Source: Candidatus Omnitrophota bacterium
GTDB taxonomy: Bacteria > Omnitrophota > Gorgyraeia > Aquiviventales > Aquiviventaceae
NCBI GenBank assembly: GCA_020057015.1
Contig: JAGVGS010000107.1
Span: 1 to 43,471, forward strand
Length of the DNA: 43,471 bases
Reading direction: 5' to 3'
In this document: one piece after another, positions 1 to 8,137 of the stretch
How positions within the stretch are numbered: the first letter of the stretch is position 1
How the letters are laid out: every line of letters begins with the position of its first letter
Position numbers and translations under genes: made by a program
The notes under the pieces: generated by a model
What the model saw: only the letters and a program-made list of their open reading frames with translations
The model's database searches: none
What the model was told of the DNA's origin: nothing

Positions 1-1
1 C

Positions 2-1963
2 CGCTTCGATGCTGTCGATGCGCTGGAGTTCTACGGAGAGCCTGACGTGACGCGCTTCTACAACATGCAGGTGTATTGGCTCAACTTCGAGGCAGACAGC
101 CCAGCGCGCATGACAACCCGGCAGAATGGCGATGCGCGCGGCTTCGAGGTGCTCAGCTACCCGCACACGCTGCACCTAGAGGGCAACGAGGCGTATTACT
201 CCGAATCGCCCACCGACGCGCATTGGTTCTTTGACCATGAAATCTATGCCGGGGACAGCTACGACATCACGCTGGACGTCGATCAGCTCGCCCACACCGG
301 CGAGGACGCCAAGCTCATCGTGGGACTGCAAGGGCTCTCTACGTGGGGCTACGGCGACAGCGCGCACAAGCGCCAGCACGCCCTCCTGCGCCTCAATGGG
401 GAGCAGGTCGGCGAGCACGAGTGGGACAATGATACGTATGCGCGCCTGGTGCTCTCCGTGCCGGTGAACCAGTTGCAAGAGGGGGCCAATGTCCTCACCG
501 TCGAAGCCACCGATGAGGAGGGGACCCTGGAGCAATTCTTCATGGTCGATGCGGTGCACCTGACCTATCCGCGAAAACTCGTGGCCGGCGAGGAGGGCCT
601 CGCCTTTCGCACCGCGGCGCGTCCGAAGGCGCGCTACACCATCGAAGCCCTCCCCAGCGCCGAGGTCCTCGCCTATGAGCTGCACAGCGATGGCGCCGTG
701 ACCCACATCGTCGATCCGCTCGTGGAGGTGGAGGGCGAGCACTACCGCGTCTCGCTGGCCGATGGCACGCTGCGCGGGGTCTCGTTGCTGGAGCTCAGCA
801 CGGCCGAGGCAGCAGAGCCCGGCTCCGACGCGCTGCTGGAGCCGGCGCGCACGAAGACCCGCCGCCATTATGTGGTGGTGCCGGCCTCAGCGGTAAAGAC
901 CGTGGCGGCCTTAAGCTACCATGCGCCTTCTGAGCTGGAGATCAAGAACCTGCCTGCGTATCTCGTGGTGGCACCTGCGGTCTTCCATGAGACCTTGAAG
1001 CCGTTCGTGGAGCATCGTCAGGGCCTGCTGGTTGATCTCGAAGAGGTCTACAATCTGTTCAGCTATGGCCTGCCAGAGCCCCAGGCGCTGCGCCGCTTCC
1101 TCCTATTGGCCGCCGAGCATGGGGCGAAGATGGCACTGCTGGTGGGCGATGGGCACTTCGACTACCGCAATTTCCAGGGCAGTGATGTGCCGCAATACGT
1201 GCCGGTCGCGCTGGTGCCCAACCGCTTTGGAGAAACAGTCTCAGACGCGTACTACGCCACCCCAGAGGGGGCGCTGGTGCCGAAGCTGGCCCTTGGCCGC
1301 TGGCCGGTGAATTCCGTTGAAGAGTTGCAGGCAGTCATTGAGAAGACCTTGGCGTATGAAGGGCAGGCCAGCCACGGCGCGGTGATGCTGGCCGATGATG
1401 AGCCGGTATTCCGCGCCACCCTCGATCAACTCGCTCAGCAATTACCCTATCCGGATGAAGTCGTGCGCATCAACTATGGCGAGTACGACGCGCTGGGCGC
1501 CAAAGCCAAGCTGCTGGAAGCCGTGAACAGCGGCACCGGTCTGCTGGCGTACGATGGCCATGGCGGGGTGCAATTGTGGTCCTCGGCCCAGCTGCTGACG
1601 GCTGGCGATGTTGACACGATGACCAATGAGGGTCAGTATCCGGTGTTGCTGGCCCTAGGCTGTCTCTCTGGTTATTTTGGGTATCCCGTCGACATGGACA
1701 GCTTGGCTGAGACGCTGCTGCGCGCAGAGGCTAAAGGCGTGGTCGCGGCCTTCTCACCCAGTGGCCTCACCTCCTCGGTGGAGCAGCAGACCTTTGCCAC
1801 CGCCCTCTTGCAAGCGCTCGTGACTGACCACCAATCGCTGGGTACGGCCCTGTTGCACGCGTACCAGGTCGTAGAAGCGCAACTGCCGGCCAGCAAAGCT
1901 CAAGCCCTAATCCAGACGTTCAACCTGCACGGCGATCCTGCCCTGACTCTGCGGCTTCAGTAA
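2..1963 (+). CDS. Peptidase C25 (gingipain)-like cysteine peptidase, 5' end cut by the window edge
   Basis: The frame is open from nt 2, with no stop before the GTG at 47 used by the ORF track. Stop is TAA at 1961-1963. The C-terminal half has His/Cys dyad contexts typical of the caspase-fold C25 family: LLAYDGHGGVQLW and PVLLALGCLSGYF. A LLVGDGHFDYRNF block lies upstream of these. Confidence 0.6.
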   Translation, partial: RFDAVDALEFYGEPDVTRFYNMQVYWLNFEADSPARMTTRQNGDARGFEVLSYPHTLHLEGNEAYYSESPTDAHWFFDHEIYAGDSYDITLDVDQLAHTGEDAKLIVGLQGLSTWGYGDSAHKRQHALLRLNGEQVGEHEWDNDTYARLVLSVPVNQLQEGANVLTVEATDEEGTLEQFFMVDAVHLTYPRKLVAGEEGLAFRTAARPKARYTIEALPSAEVLAYELHSDGAVTHIVDPLVEVEGEHYRVSLADGTLRGVSLLELSTAEAAEPGSDALLEPARTKTRRHYVVVPASAVKTVAALSYHAPSELEIKNLPAYLVVAPAVFHETLKPFVEHRQGLLVDLEEVYNLFSYGLPEPQALRRFLLLAAEHGAKMALLVGDGHFDYRNFQGSDVPQYVPVALVPNRFGETVSDAYYATPEGALVPKLALGRWPVNSVEELQAVIEKTLAYEGQASHGAVMLADDEPVFRATLDQLAQQLPYPDEVVRINYGEYDALGAKAKLLEAVNSGTGLLAYDGHGGVQLWSSAQLLTAGDVDTMTNEGQYPVLLALGCLSGYFGYPVDMDSLAETLLRAEAKGVVAAFSPSGLTSSVEQQTFATALLQALVTDHQSLGTALLHAYQVVEAQLPASKAQALIQTFNLHGDPALTLRLQ

Positions 1964-2029
1964 TCCCCCGTCGGAGGCCACCCGTTTTGGGCGCGTCCGT
2001 CCATCTCCGGCATGCTATGATGTCGGGCC

Positions 2030-3049
2030 ATGAGGCGCGTGCGCACGGTGTTGCTTGGCCTGGGGGCGAGCCTCTTGCTGCTTGAAGGCGCACTCCGGTG
2101 GTGGTGGCCGCAACCGATGTATGCCACACGGGCGAGTCCGCTTGGTTGGGCGCACATCCCCGGAGCGCAGTTGACGTATGCCCGCCAGGAATTCCGCACC
2201 CGTATTACCTATAACCGCCTTGGGTTGCGTGACCGCGACTACCCACTCCAGAAGCCCGCGCACACGAGGCGCCTGCTGTGTCTGGGCGACTCGTTCACCG
2301 TGGGGATGGAAGTGCCTCACGACCTTGTCTGGACCGAGCAGATAGAGCAGCGGCTCAATACGCCCGGGGCAGGGGCCCCGGCGGTGGAGGTCATCAACGC
2401 CGGGGTGCCGGGCTATGGCTTGGATCAAATGAACCTCTTCCTGCGCCGGGAGGGACGAGCGCTGCAGCCGGATCTGGTCATCGTGCTGCATATGGGGTTC
2501 TTCGGCCGTGAACTGGGCCATCAGCTCGCCCGTTTGGTCGATGGGCAGCTGGAGCTGCGCGAGGCGCAATTTACGCGCACTCAACAGGCGCTGCGTCGCG
2601 TCTTGTCGTGGTGGCGGTTCCATTCCCACGTGGTCGCTGCCCTGTGCGAGTCCACCAAGGGGCTGCCGGGAGTGGCCCGCGTGTACGAGGCGGCACATTT
2701 TTGGGGCCGCACACGCCTGGTAGCACAGCAAGCTCTCGGCGCCTTTGAGGCCGCACCGGCCGCACTCACCCCCGAGCTGGCGCTGACCTATGCGTTGTTG
2801 GATGACCTGCGGCGGCTGGTGGTCGCTGAGGGAGGGCAGTTGCTGTTGGTGCTAGGTGATGAGCAGGCTGCGCCGTTAAAGGCCTATTGCCGCGCGATGG
2901 GAGCGGCCTGCTTGGCGCTGCCCTTTGCGCCGGCACGGTACCCGCTCGATGGCCACTGGAATGCGGAAGGCCACGCGGCCGTGGCCCAGGCGCTCGCACC
3001 CTGGATCCAGGACTGGCTTTCGGTTGACTTCCTGCAACCTGCATCATAG
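2030..3049 (+). CDS. SGNH/GDSL-family hydrolase with N-terminal membrane anchor or signal
   Basis: Hydrophobic N-terminus VLLGLGASLLLL. SGNH blocks are visible: LLCLGDSFTVG (GDS block I), INAGVPGYG (block II Gly), DGHWNAEGH (DxxH block V). Confidence 0.7.
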   Translation: MRRVRTVLLGLGASLLLLEGALRWWWPQPMYATRASPLGWAHIPGAQLTYARQEFRTRITYNRLGLRDRDYPLQKPAHTRRLLCLGDSFTVGMEVPHDLVWTEQIEQRLNTPGAGAPAVEVINAGVPGYGLDQMNLFLRREGRALQPDLVIVLHMGFFGRELGHQLARLVDGQLELREAQFTRTQQALRRVLSWWRFHSHVVAALCESTKGLPGVARVYEAAHFWGRTRLVAQQALGAFEAAPAALTPELALTYALLDDLRRLVVAEGGQLLLVLGDEQAAPLKAYCRAMGAACLALPFAPARYPLDGHWNAEGHAAVAQALAPWIQDWLSVDFLQPAS

Positions 3050-3058
3050 ACTGCCTGC

Positions 3059-3889
3059 ATGTCTGAGCACGACGTCAGCCTCGGTATCGCCGGTCTGACC
3101 TTGCGTTTGCTGGATGACGTTCTCGTGCCTCCCGAATGGCTCACCACCACGTGCGCACCCTTCCAGGTCTCGGCGGCCCCGGCAGCGAACGCGCTGACCG
3201 TGGCCATTCATCGCGACCCGTCTTTTGAGCGCGGCGAGGACCAGTTGCACCTGCACCCTGGGCAGGAGCCTGGGGGCTTTCACATGCGCGGGTATGATTT
3301 TTTGATCGCGCGCCGCCGCTGCGGGTTGCCCTTTGAGGTGGAGGCGCATCCAGACGCCGGTATGGCCGGGGTGCTGCGCTGGGTGACGAGCTTAGCACTG
3401 CTCGAGCAAGGCGGCCTGCTGCTGCACGCAGCTTCCGGTGCCCTGGAAGGTCGTGGGATTATTTGTGCCGGCCCTTCGGGCAGCGGGAAAACCACCCTCT
3501 CTCGCTTGCTGCAATCCCATCTGCAGCTGTTTACCGATGAAACCACCGCAGTGCAGTTCACCGGGGCCATGCCGCTGGCCTATGCCACCCCGTTTGCCGG
3601 AGAGCTGGGTCCGGTCTCGGGTCCGGCTGCTGCTCCGTTAGAGGTGGTGTGCTTTTTAAAGCACGCAAAGGCTCATGCAGTGCGTGCGCTGCACCCTGCC
3701 GAAGCGGTCGAGCGTCTCATGGGCTGCACGTTCTTGCCGCGCGATGGCACCCTGTGGATCACCACAGCGTTGGCGACGGCCGAGCGGCTCGCGCGGGCCG
3801 TACCGTGTCTGGAATTGGCGTTTGCTCCTGAAGCCTCAGTCGTGGAGGTGGTGCGCGATGTCCTCGCTCAACCCGTGTCGCCGGCCTGA
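3059..3889 (+). CDS. HPr kinase/phosphorylase-like P-loop protein (candidate peptide kinase)
   Basis: ATG at 3059. The motif GGLLLHAASGALEGRGIICAGPSGSGKTTLSRLL resembles the HprK C-terminal domain with Walker A. The 3' end overlaps the next gene by 32 nt. Confidence 0.65.
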   Translation: MSEHDVSLGIAGLTLRLLDDVLVPPEWLTTTCAPFQVSAAPAANALTVAIHRDPSFERGEDQLHLHPGQEPGGFHMRGYDFLIARRRCGLPFEVEAHPDAGMAGVLRWVTSLALLEQGGLLLHAASGALEGRGIICAGPSGSGKTTLSRLLQSHLQLFTDETTAVQFTGAMPLAYATPFAGELGPVSGPAAAPLEVVCFLKHAKAHAVRALHPAEAVERLMGCTFLPRDGTLWITTALATAERLARAVPCLELAFAPEASVVEVVRDVLAQPVSPA

Positions 3890-4148
3890 AATTGCGTGGC
3901 GCGTCATCGACGGGGAAGCTGTCGTGGTAAACCCACGGGCCGGCCTCATCTATCCGTTTAATCCGGTCGCCACGCGCTGCTGGGAGCTCGCCGATGGCAC
4001 GCGCACTGCCGAGCAGATCATCATGGCCCTCTATGAAGAGTTCGATGTGCCGCGCGAGCAGCTCGAGCGCGACATGCAGGCATTCCTCGCCACGCTGCAC
4101 GAGAAGGGGCTGCTCATGACCGCTACGGTGATGGCAGCAGCGGCGTGA
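3858..4148 (+). CDS. PqqD-family peptide chaperone (RiPP recognition element)
   Basis: Internal ATG at 3858 within track ORF 3675..4148, preceded by GGAGG at 3844-3848. The 96-aa product MSSLNPCRRPEIAWRVIDGEAVVVNPRAGLIYPFNPVATRCWELADGTRTAEQII..FLATLHEKGLL has PqqD-like size and pattern. The longer track ORF would overlap the kinase gene out of frame. Confidence 0.75.
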   Translation: MSSLNPCRRPEIAWRVIDGEAVVVNPRAGLIYPFNPVATRCWELADGTRTAEQIIMALYEEFDVPREQLERDMQAFLATLHEKGLLMTATVMAAAA

Positions 4149-5437
4149 TGGGCGGCTGTAGCCAGGGAGGATGCGGCAGCGGGTGCGGTGCTGGGGCCTT
4201 GCCCTCAGCGCCCCAAGTGCTTGACCTCACAGATCGCATCGCGCAGTCAGTGCCGTCCAACCCGCTGCGCGTGGAGAGCGCCGAGGCGCGCGAGCATCTG
4301 AACCGGATTTTTTTGAAGGTCGACCAGCGCAAAATCCCCTTTTGGACCCACCTCGATCTCACCTACAAGTGCAACACCGACTGTATCCACTGTTACTGCC
4401 AGCACCTGGACCCAGCCTTCGGCGGCAAGTACGATAAGCAGGATTTAACGACTGCTGAGATTAAGGGGTTGCTCGACCAGTTGGCCGACTACGGCGTGCT
4501 GAATCTCACGCTCTCCGGCGGCGAGCTGCTCGTGCGCAAAGACTTCTTCGAGATCGCGTTTTACGCCAGCCGCGAGAAACACTTTGCCCTCTCGTTTTAC
4601 ACGAACGGCACGCTGGTCAACGAGCGCATTGCCGCGCGCGTTGCGGAGCTTTGCCCGGTGGCGGTGGAGATCAGCCTGCAAGGGGCCACGGCCGAAGTGC
4701 ACGACTACGTGGTGCAGCGGCCCGGGTCGTTTCAGCGGGTCATCGCTGCGGCCCGCATGCTCCGCGCCCGCGGTGTCAATGTCGTGCTCAAAACCACGCT
4801 GATGCAGCCGAACTTTCATCAAGCCGATGAGCTCGTGCGCCTGGCCGGCAGCCTGGGGGCCAGTGCCTACCGCACCAGCCTCGATCTGACCCCTAAGAAC
4901 GATGGGGATACCAGCGTGCAGCGATTCAACCTCACCGACGAGCAATTTGCAGACTACATCGCGCGCGACTACCCTGAACCCTTTCAGTATCGCGAGCCCA
5001 TCTCGCTTGAGGAGGCCCGCCAGCGATCGACCTGTGGCACTGGCACCGTGGCCTGCTATATCTCGCCCTATGGCGATGTCTACCCGTGCATCCAACTACT
5101 GATTTCGATGGGCAATATCCGCGAGCGCTCGTTCAAGGAGATTTGGGAAGCCCCCTCTGAGCTGCGCCGTAAGCTCGAGGCGATTCAAACCTACGGTGAT
5201 CTGCCGGATTGCCAAACCTGCGAATACGTGCAGCTGTGTCAGCGCTGCCACGGGCTGGCCTATCTGGAAACCGGGGATCTGACCAAGTGCTATAAGATGG
5301 TGCTGCGTTCAGCCAAGCTGAACACCGAGGTGAATGCCCGCATGGCGCCCAAGGTCGAATCCAGCGTGGTGCCGGTCGCGGCCGGGCCGATGCTCATCGA
5401 GCGGCAGTCGCCGGCGTTCACGAGTTTCAGTCGTTAA
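4145..5437 (+). CDS. Radical SAM/SPASM-domain peptide maturase
   Basis: Start is GTG 4145 or ATG 4148, overlapping the PqqD stop (GTGATG). CX3CX2C cluster is CNTDCIHC. SPASM-type C-terminal cysteines are CGTGTVACYISPYGDVYPC (CX12GX4C) and CQTCEYVQLCQRC (CX2CX5CX2C). Confidence 0.9.
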   Translation: MMGGCSQGGCGSGCGAGALPSAPQVLDLTDRIAQSVPSNPLRVESAEAREHLNRIFLKVDQRKIPFWTHLDLTYKCNTDCIHCYCQHLDPAFGGKYDKQDLTTAEIKGLLDQLADYGVLNLTLSGGELLVRKDFFEIAFYASREKHFALSFYTNGTLVNERIAARVAELCPVAVEISLQGATAEVHDYVVQRPGSFQRVIAAARMLRARGVNVVLKTTLMQPNFHQADELVRLAGSLGASAYRTSLDLTPKNDGDTSVQRFNLTDEQFADYIARDYPEPFQYREPISLEEARQRSTCGTGTVACYISPYGDVYPCIQLLISMGNIRERSFKEIWEAPSELRRKLEAIQTYGDLPDCQTCEYVQLCQRCHGLAYLETGDLTKCYKMVLRSAKLNTEVNARMAPKVESSVVPVAAGPMLIERQSPAFTSFSR

Positions 5438-5460
5438 CCACCACAGAGGAGGGATGCATC

Positions 5461-5625
5461 ATGGCACCACCAGCACGCAAGCGGGCCTATGAGCCGCCAA
5501 AGTTGCACAGCGTGCAGGCCATTGAGGCCGGCTCGGCGGTATGTTGCAAGACCAATAGCGGAGCGTGCTCAGCCGCTGCCAAGTCCGGCGGCGGTAAGGG
5601 CCAGCGCTCCAAGGACACCTCCTGA
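5461..5625 (+). CDS. Candidate RiPP precursor peptide, 54 aa (absent from the ORF track)
   Basis: Hand translation gives MAPPARKRAYEPPKLHSVQAIEAGSAVCCKTNSGACSAAAKSGGGKGQRSKDTS. ATG is at 5461 and TGA at 5623-5625. A strong RBS GAGGAGGG at 5446-5453 lies 7 nt upstream. The ORF sits 24 nt after the rSAM stop and 5 nt before the next gene. Confidence 0.6.
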   Translation: MAPPARKRAYEPPKLHSVQAIEAGSAVCCKTNSGACSAAAKSGGGKGQRSKDTS

Positions 5626-5630
5626 CGCTT

Positions 5631-7037
5631 GTGCGCGCCTCGGGGAAGACATTTCAGGCGACAGCGCCTCTGGATCGGACAGCAGAGGCGCTGTTTGTTT
5701 GCTCCCTATCGCAAGAGGGTCTGGTGTGGATCACTGCGCGGGGCAACAGCATGGCGCCCACGTGGACCGATGGGGCGCTGCTGGGTGTCGTCGCGGCGCG
5801 CGCCGAGACCTTGCGGCCGGGCGATGGCATCGTGTTTCACAATGGGGAGCAGGTCGTGGCCCACCGCTTGCTGCGCCGGCGCTATGAGGAGGGCTGGTGG
5901 TGGCTGCAGCCCAAAGCCGATGCAGGGTGCACGCCCGAGCCGTGGCAACCGGAGACCGCGCTCATCGGCCGTATTGTGGCTATCGAGGCCCGCGGTCGGC
6001 AGCAGCGCTGGGACCAGGGATGGGGCCTGCTGCGGCAGCGCGCGGCCGGGTGGTGGCAGCAGGCGCATGTGGCAGGGCATGGGGCATGGCAGCAGCTGAC
6101 CAGGCAGGGCAGCCGGATCATCTCTCCCTGGCCCTGGCCGGTGCCCGAGACTGACCCGCGCCTGACGTGGGGCCGCAATATGTTCTTGCGCGAGCGATTG
6201 GCCGCGTGTGTGCGGGTGCTTGCTCCTGCCGGCATCGAATCGATGCTGCTCAAGGGCCAGGCATTGATCTTAACCGGCGTGATGGACCCTGCCGAGCGCC
6301 CGATGGCTGACGTTGACCTGTTGGTCAAACAGGAGCAGGCCGCGAGTGTGCTGCATCTGCTGCAAGCCGCCGGCTACCGCCTGCGCGGGCCGACTGATGC
6401 GCTGCGCGCCTCGCTGGATGACCAGCTGCCCTTTGAGGATCCCTCGGGCGTGGTGTTTGACGTGCATTGGGGCGTGGTGACCGGCGGCTGGCGGTTTCGC
6501 GACGTGATCCGCCTGGATTATGAGGGACTGTGGGCGCGCAGCCAGCGCTGGGATCTTGACGGCGTACCCGTGCGCGTCATGGCTCCGGTGGACCAGCTGT
6601 TGCACTTATGCTCGCATCTCATCCTGAGCGGGGCGACCGGGCACGTGTGGTGGCAAGACCTGCGCCGGTTTCTAGAGCACCAGGGCAAGGCGATCGATTG
6701 GAGCGACTTGCTGATCCAGGCGCGCCAGGCTCGCTTGCGCACGATCGTCTGGCTGTCGTTGGACACGCTCTGGCAGCGCTGGCAAGTGCCGGTGCCGCCT
6801 CAGATCGTGCGTGCGCTGCGTCCGGCTCCGTGGCGCCGGTGGCTGCTGCGCAGCCTGCTGCCAGCGGATCTCTCCACCGCGGCGGATGAGTCCCGCTGGC
6901 AGCGCCATACGCGTGAGCTGCTGCTGATGGACCGCCCGATCGACCGCCTGCGCTTGCTGTGGCGCTGGAGCCATCCGCCGGCGGCCTGGCATGCGTATAA
7001 AGCAGGGACAGTCACTAATTTCTGTTGTGCCGACTAG
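5631..7037 (+). CDS. Fusion protein: N-terminal S24/S26-like peptidase domain plus C-terminal uncharacterised nucleotidyltransferase (NTP_transf_5/PF14907-like)
   Basis: GTG start at 5631. The N-terminus ITARGNSMAPTWTDGALLGV..PGDGIVFHNGEQVVAHRLLRR matches the LexA/signal-peptidase-type GxSM..GD..v pattern. The C-terminal half has LLKGQALIL..ERPMADVDLLV..AAGYRL..VFDVHWGVV, typical of PF14907. The last 12 codons run into the palindromic repeat. Confidence 0.65.
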   Translation: MRASGKTFQATAPLDRTAEALFVCSLSQEGLVWITARGNSMAPTWTDGALLGVVAARAETLRPGDGIVFHNGEQVVAHRLLRRRYEEGWWWLQPKADAGCTPEPWQPETALIGRIVAIEARGRQQRWDQGWGLLRQRAAGWWQQAHVAGHGAWQQLTRQGSRIISPWPWPVPETDPRLTWGRNMFLRERLAACVRVLAPAGIESMLLKGQALILTGVMDPAERPMADVDLLVKQEQAASVLHLLQAAGYRLRGPTDALRASLDDQLPFEDPSGVVFDVHWGVVTGGWRFRDVIRLDYEGLWARSQRWDLDGVPVRVMAPVDQLLHLCSHLILSGATGHVWWQDLRRFLEHQGKAIDWSDLLIQARQARLRTIVWLSLDTLWQRWQVPVPPQIVRALRPAPWRRWLLRSLLPADLSTAADESRWQRHTRELLLMDRPIDRLRLLWRWSHPPAAWHAYKAGTVTNFCCAD

Positions 7038-7063
7038 GGTCCAGGGCACAAATTAGTGACTGT
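6999..7063 (+). repeat. Palindromic ~75-bp element, copy 1, proximal part (interrupted by the IS)
   Basis: AAAGCAGGGACAGTCACTAATTT (6999-7021), then CTGTTGTGCCGACTAGGGTCCAGGGCAC, then AAATTAGTGACTGT. The rest of the right arm, CCCTGCTTT, resumes at 8143. It is near-identical to copy 2 at 11476-11550. Confidence 0.85.
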
Positions 7064-8137
7064 TTGGGTTCAAGGTCCTAGTGCAACACTTGGTATCCTG
7101 GTCCATCCAGGAACAAGGAGTTGCACATGTCAAGGTCCCGGCACTTGGACTTGCGTGAACGCGAGGAGTTCAGCCGCATGTTAGCCGCGAATCAGAGTGT
7201 GCGCATGATTGCCCGCTGCCTGCGTCGCGCTCCCAGCAGCCTGACCCGGGAGCTGCAGCGGCATCGAGCCTCGCGGGTGACGTATCGGGCGGTCTTCGCA
7301 CAACACCGGGCGCAGCGCTGGGCCACGCAACCTCGGAAGCCCCGCACGCTCGCGGTGGAGCCCCACCTGCGGGCCGTCGTCTTCACGCTCCTCGCGCAGC
7401 ACTGGTCCCCCGAACAGATTGCGCGCGGGCTGCCGCAGCGGTATCCTGACGACCCGACCATGCGCATCTCTCACGAAGCCATCTACACGTACCTGTACGT
7501 CTTGCCCCGGGGCGCCTTGAAGAAGGAGCTCATTCGAGTCCTGCGCCACCGGCATCACGTCCGCCGTCCCCGTGGCAAGGCGCGTCTCACGTCCCGACCG
7601 ATCCAGGACGCCATCAGCATTGAGGAGCGCCCGGCCGCGGTGGCGGATCGCACCCTGCCCGGCCACTGGGAAGGCGATCTGCTCATGGGCCACGGCAACG
7701 CCTCGGCCCTGGGCACCCTGGTGGAGCGCACGACCCGGTTCACGCTCTTGGTCCCCTTGCGCGGCAAGGATGCTCCCAGCGTCCGGCAGGCGTTCGCCCG
7801 CGAGCTGCGCACGCTGCCACAGCAGTTGCGCCAGTCGCTGACCTACGACCAGGGCCAGGAGATGGCCCAACATCGGCTCTTCACCGCCCAGACGCAGATG
7901 CGCGTCTACTTCGCGCATCCGCACTGCCCGTGGGAGCGGGGCACGAACGAGAACACCAACGGGCTCTTGCGGCAGTTCTTCCCCAAAGGCACTCGCTTTA
8001 CCACCATCAGCCGCCGACAGATCAAACACATTCAGGCGCTCCTCAACGACCGGCCACGCAAGGTCCTGACCTGGCACAGTCCAGCGAAGGTCTTCAAGGA
8101 CGTCTTGGAACGTGTTGCACTAGAACCTTGAATCCAC
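7064..8137 (+). mobile_element. IS30-family insertion sequence (~1.07 kb)
   Basis: Terminal inverted repeats are TTGGGTTCAAGGTCCTAGTGCAACAC (7064-7089) and the reverse complement of 8112-8137, GTGGATTCAAGGTTCTAGTGCAACAC, matching at 23/26 positions. A single transposase ORF has its stop inside the right IR. Apparent flanking duplication is ACTGT (7059-7063 and 8138-8142) or a shorter subset of it. Confidence 0.9.
7127..8131 (+). CDS. IS30-family DDE transposase
   Basis: ATG at 7127 is preceded by AAGGAG at 7115-7120; the track start TTG at 7121 is less likely. It has an N-terminal HTH region and the IS30 hallmarks LPGHWEGDLL and YFAHPHCPWERGTNENTNGLLRQFFPKGT. Confidence 0.95.
   Translation: MSRSRHLDLREREEFSRMLAANQSVRMIARCLRRAPSSLTRELQRHRASRVTYRAVFAQHRAQRWATQPRKPRTLAVEPHLRAVVFTLLAQHWSPEQIARGLPQRYPDDPTMRISHEAIYTYLYVLPRGALKKELIRVLRHRHHVRRPRGKARLTSRPIQDAISIEERPAAVADRTLPGHWEGDLLMGHGNASALGTLVERTTRFTLLVPLRGKDAPSVRQAFARELRTLPQQLRQSLTYDQGQEMAQHRLFTAQTQMRVYFAHPHCPWERGTNENTNGLLRQFFPKGTRFTTISRRQIKHIQALLNDRPRKVLTWHSPAKVFKDVLERVALEP

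Noticed and set aside
176-868. Minus-strand 230-aa ORF within the first gene, and minus-strand ORF 2015..2731 within the SGNH gene.
   Set aside because: They are antisense artefacts. The plus-strand frames carry the C25-like and SGNH motifs.
3675-3857. N-terminal extension of the PqqD ORF (track 3675..4148), and similar extensions of the RAYT ORF (18738) and atpE ORF (40189).
   Set aside because: The extensions overlap the kinase gene, the REP palindrome and the riboswitch-like leader respectively. Internal ATGs with Shine-Dalgarno sequences (3858, 18867, 40342) give products of the expected family sizes.
5461-5625. Interpreting the small peptide as a lasso-peptide precursor, given the kinase, PqqD, nucleotidyltransferase and YxxPxL motif.
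   Set aside because: The window contains no asparagine-synthetase-like cyclase and no transglutaminase-like B2 protease. There is no Thr at the penultimate leader position. There is no Asp/Glu at positions 7-9 of any plausible core. A SPASM radical SAM enzyme is present instead.
5489-6099. Alternative-frame ORFs 5489..5887 (132 aa) and 5629..6099 (156 aa) overlapping the peptide gene and the peptidase/nucleotidyltransferase gene.
   Set aside because: Their translations are Arg/Ala/Gly-rich with no motifs. The competing frames carry a strong RBS (5461 ORF) or recognisable S24 and PF14907 patterns (5631 ORF).
7181-8077. Minus-strand 298-aa ORF inside the IS30 element.
   Set aside because: It is antisense to a transposase ORF with textbook IS30 motifs. 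No independent signals support it.
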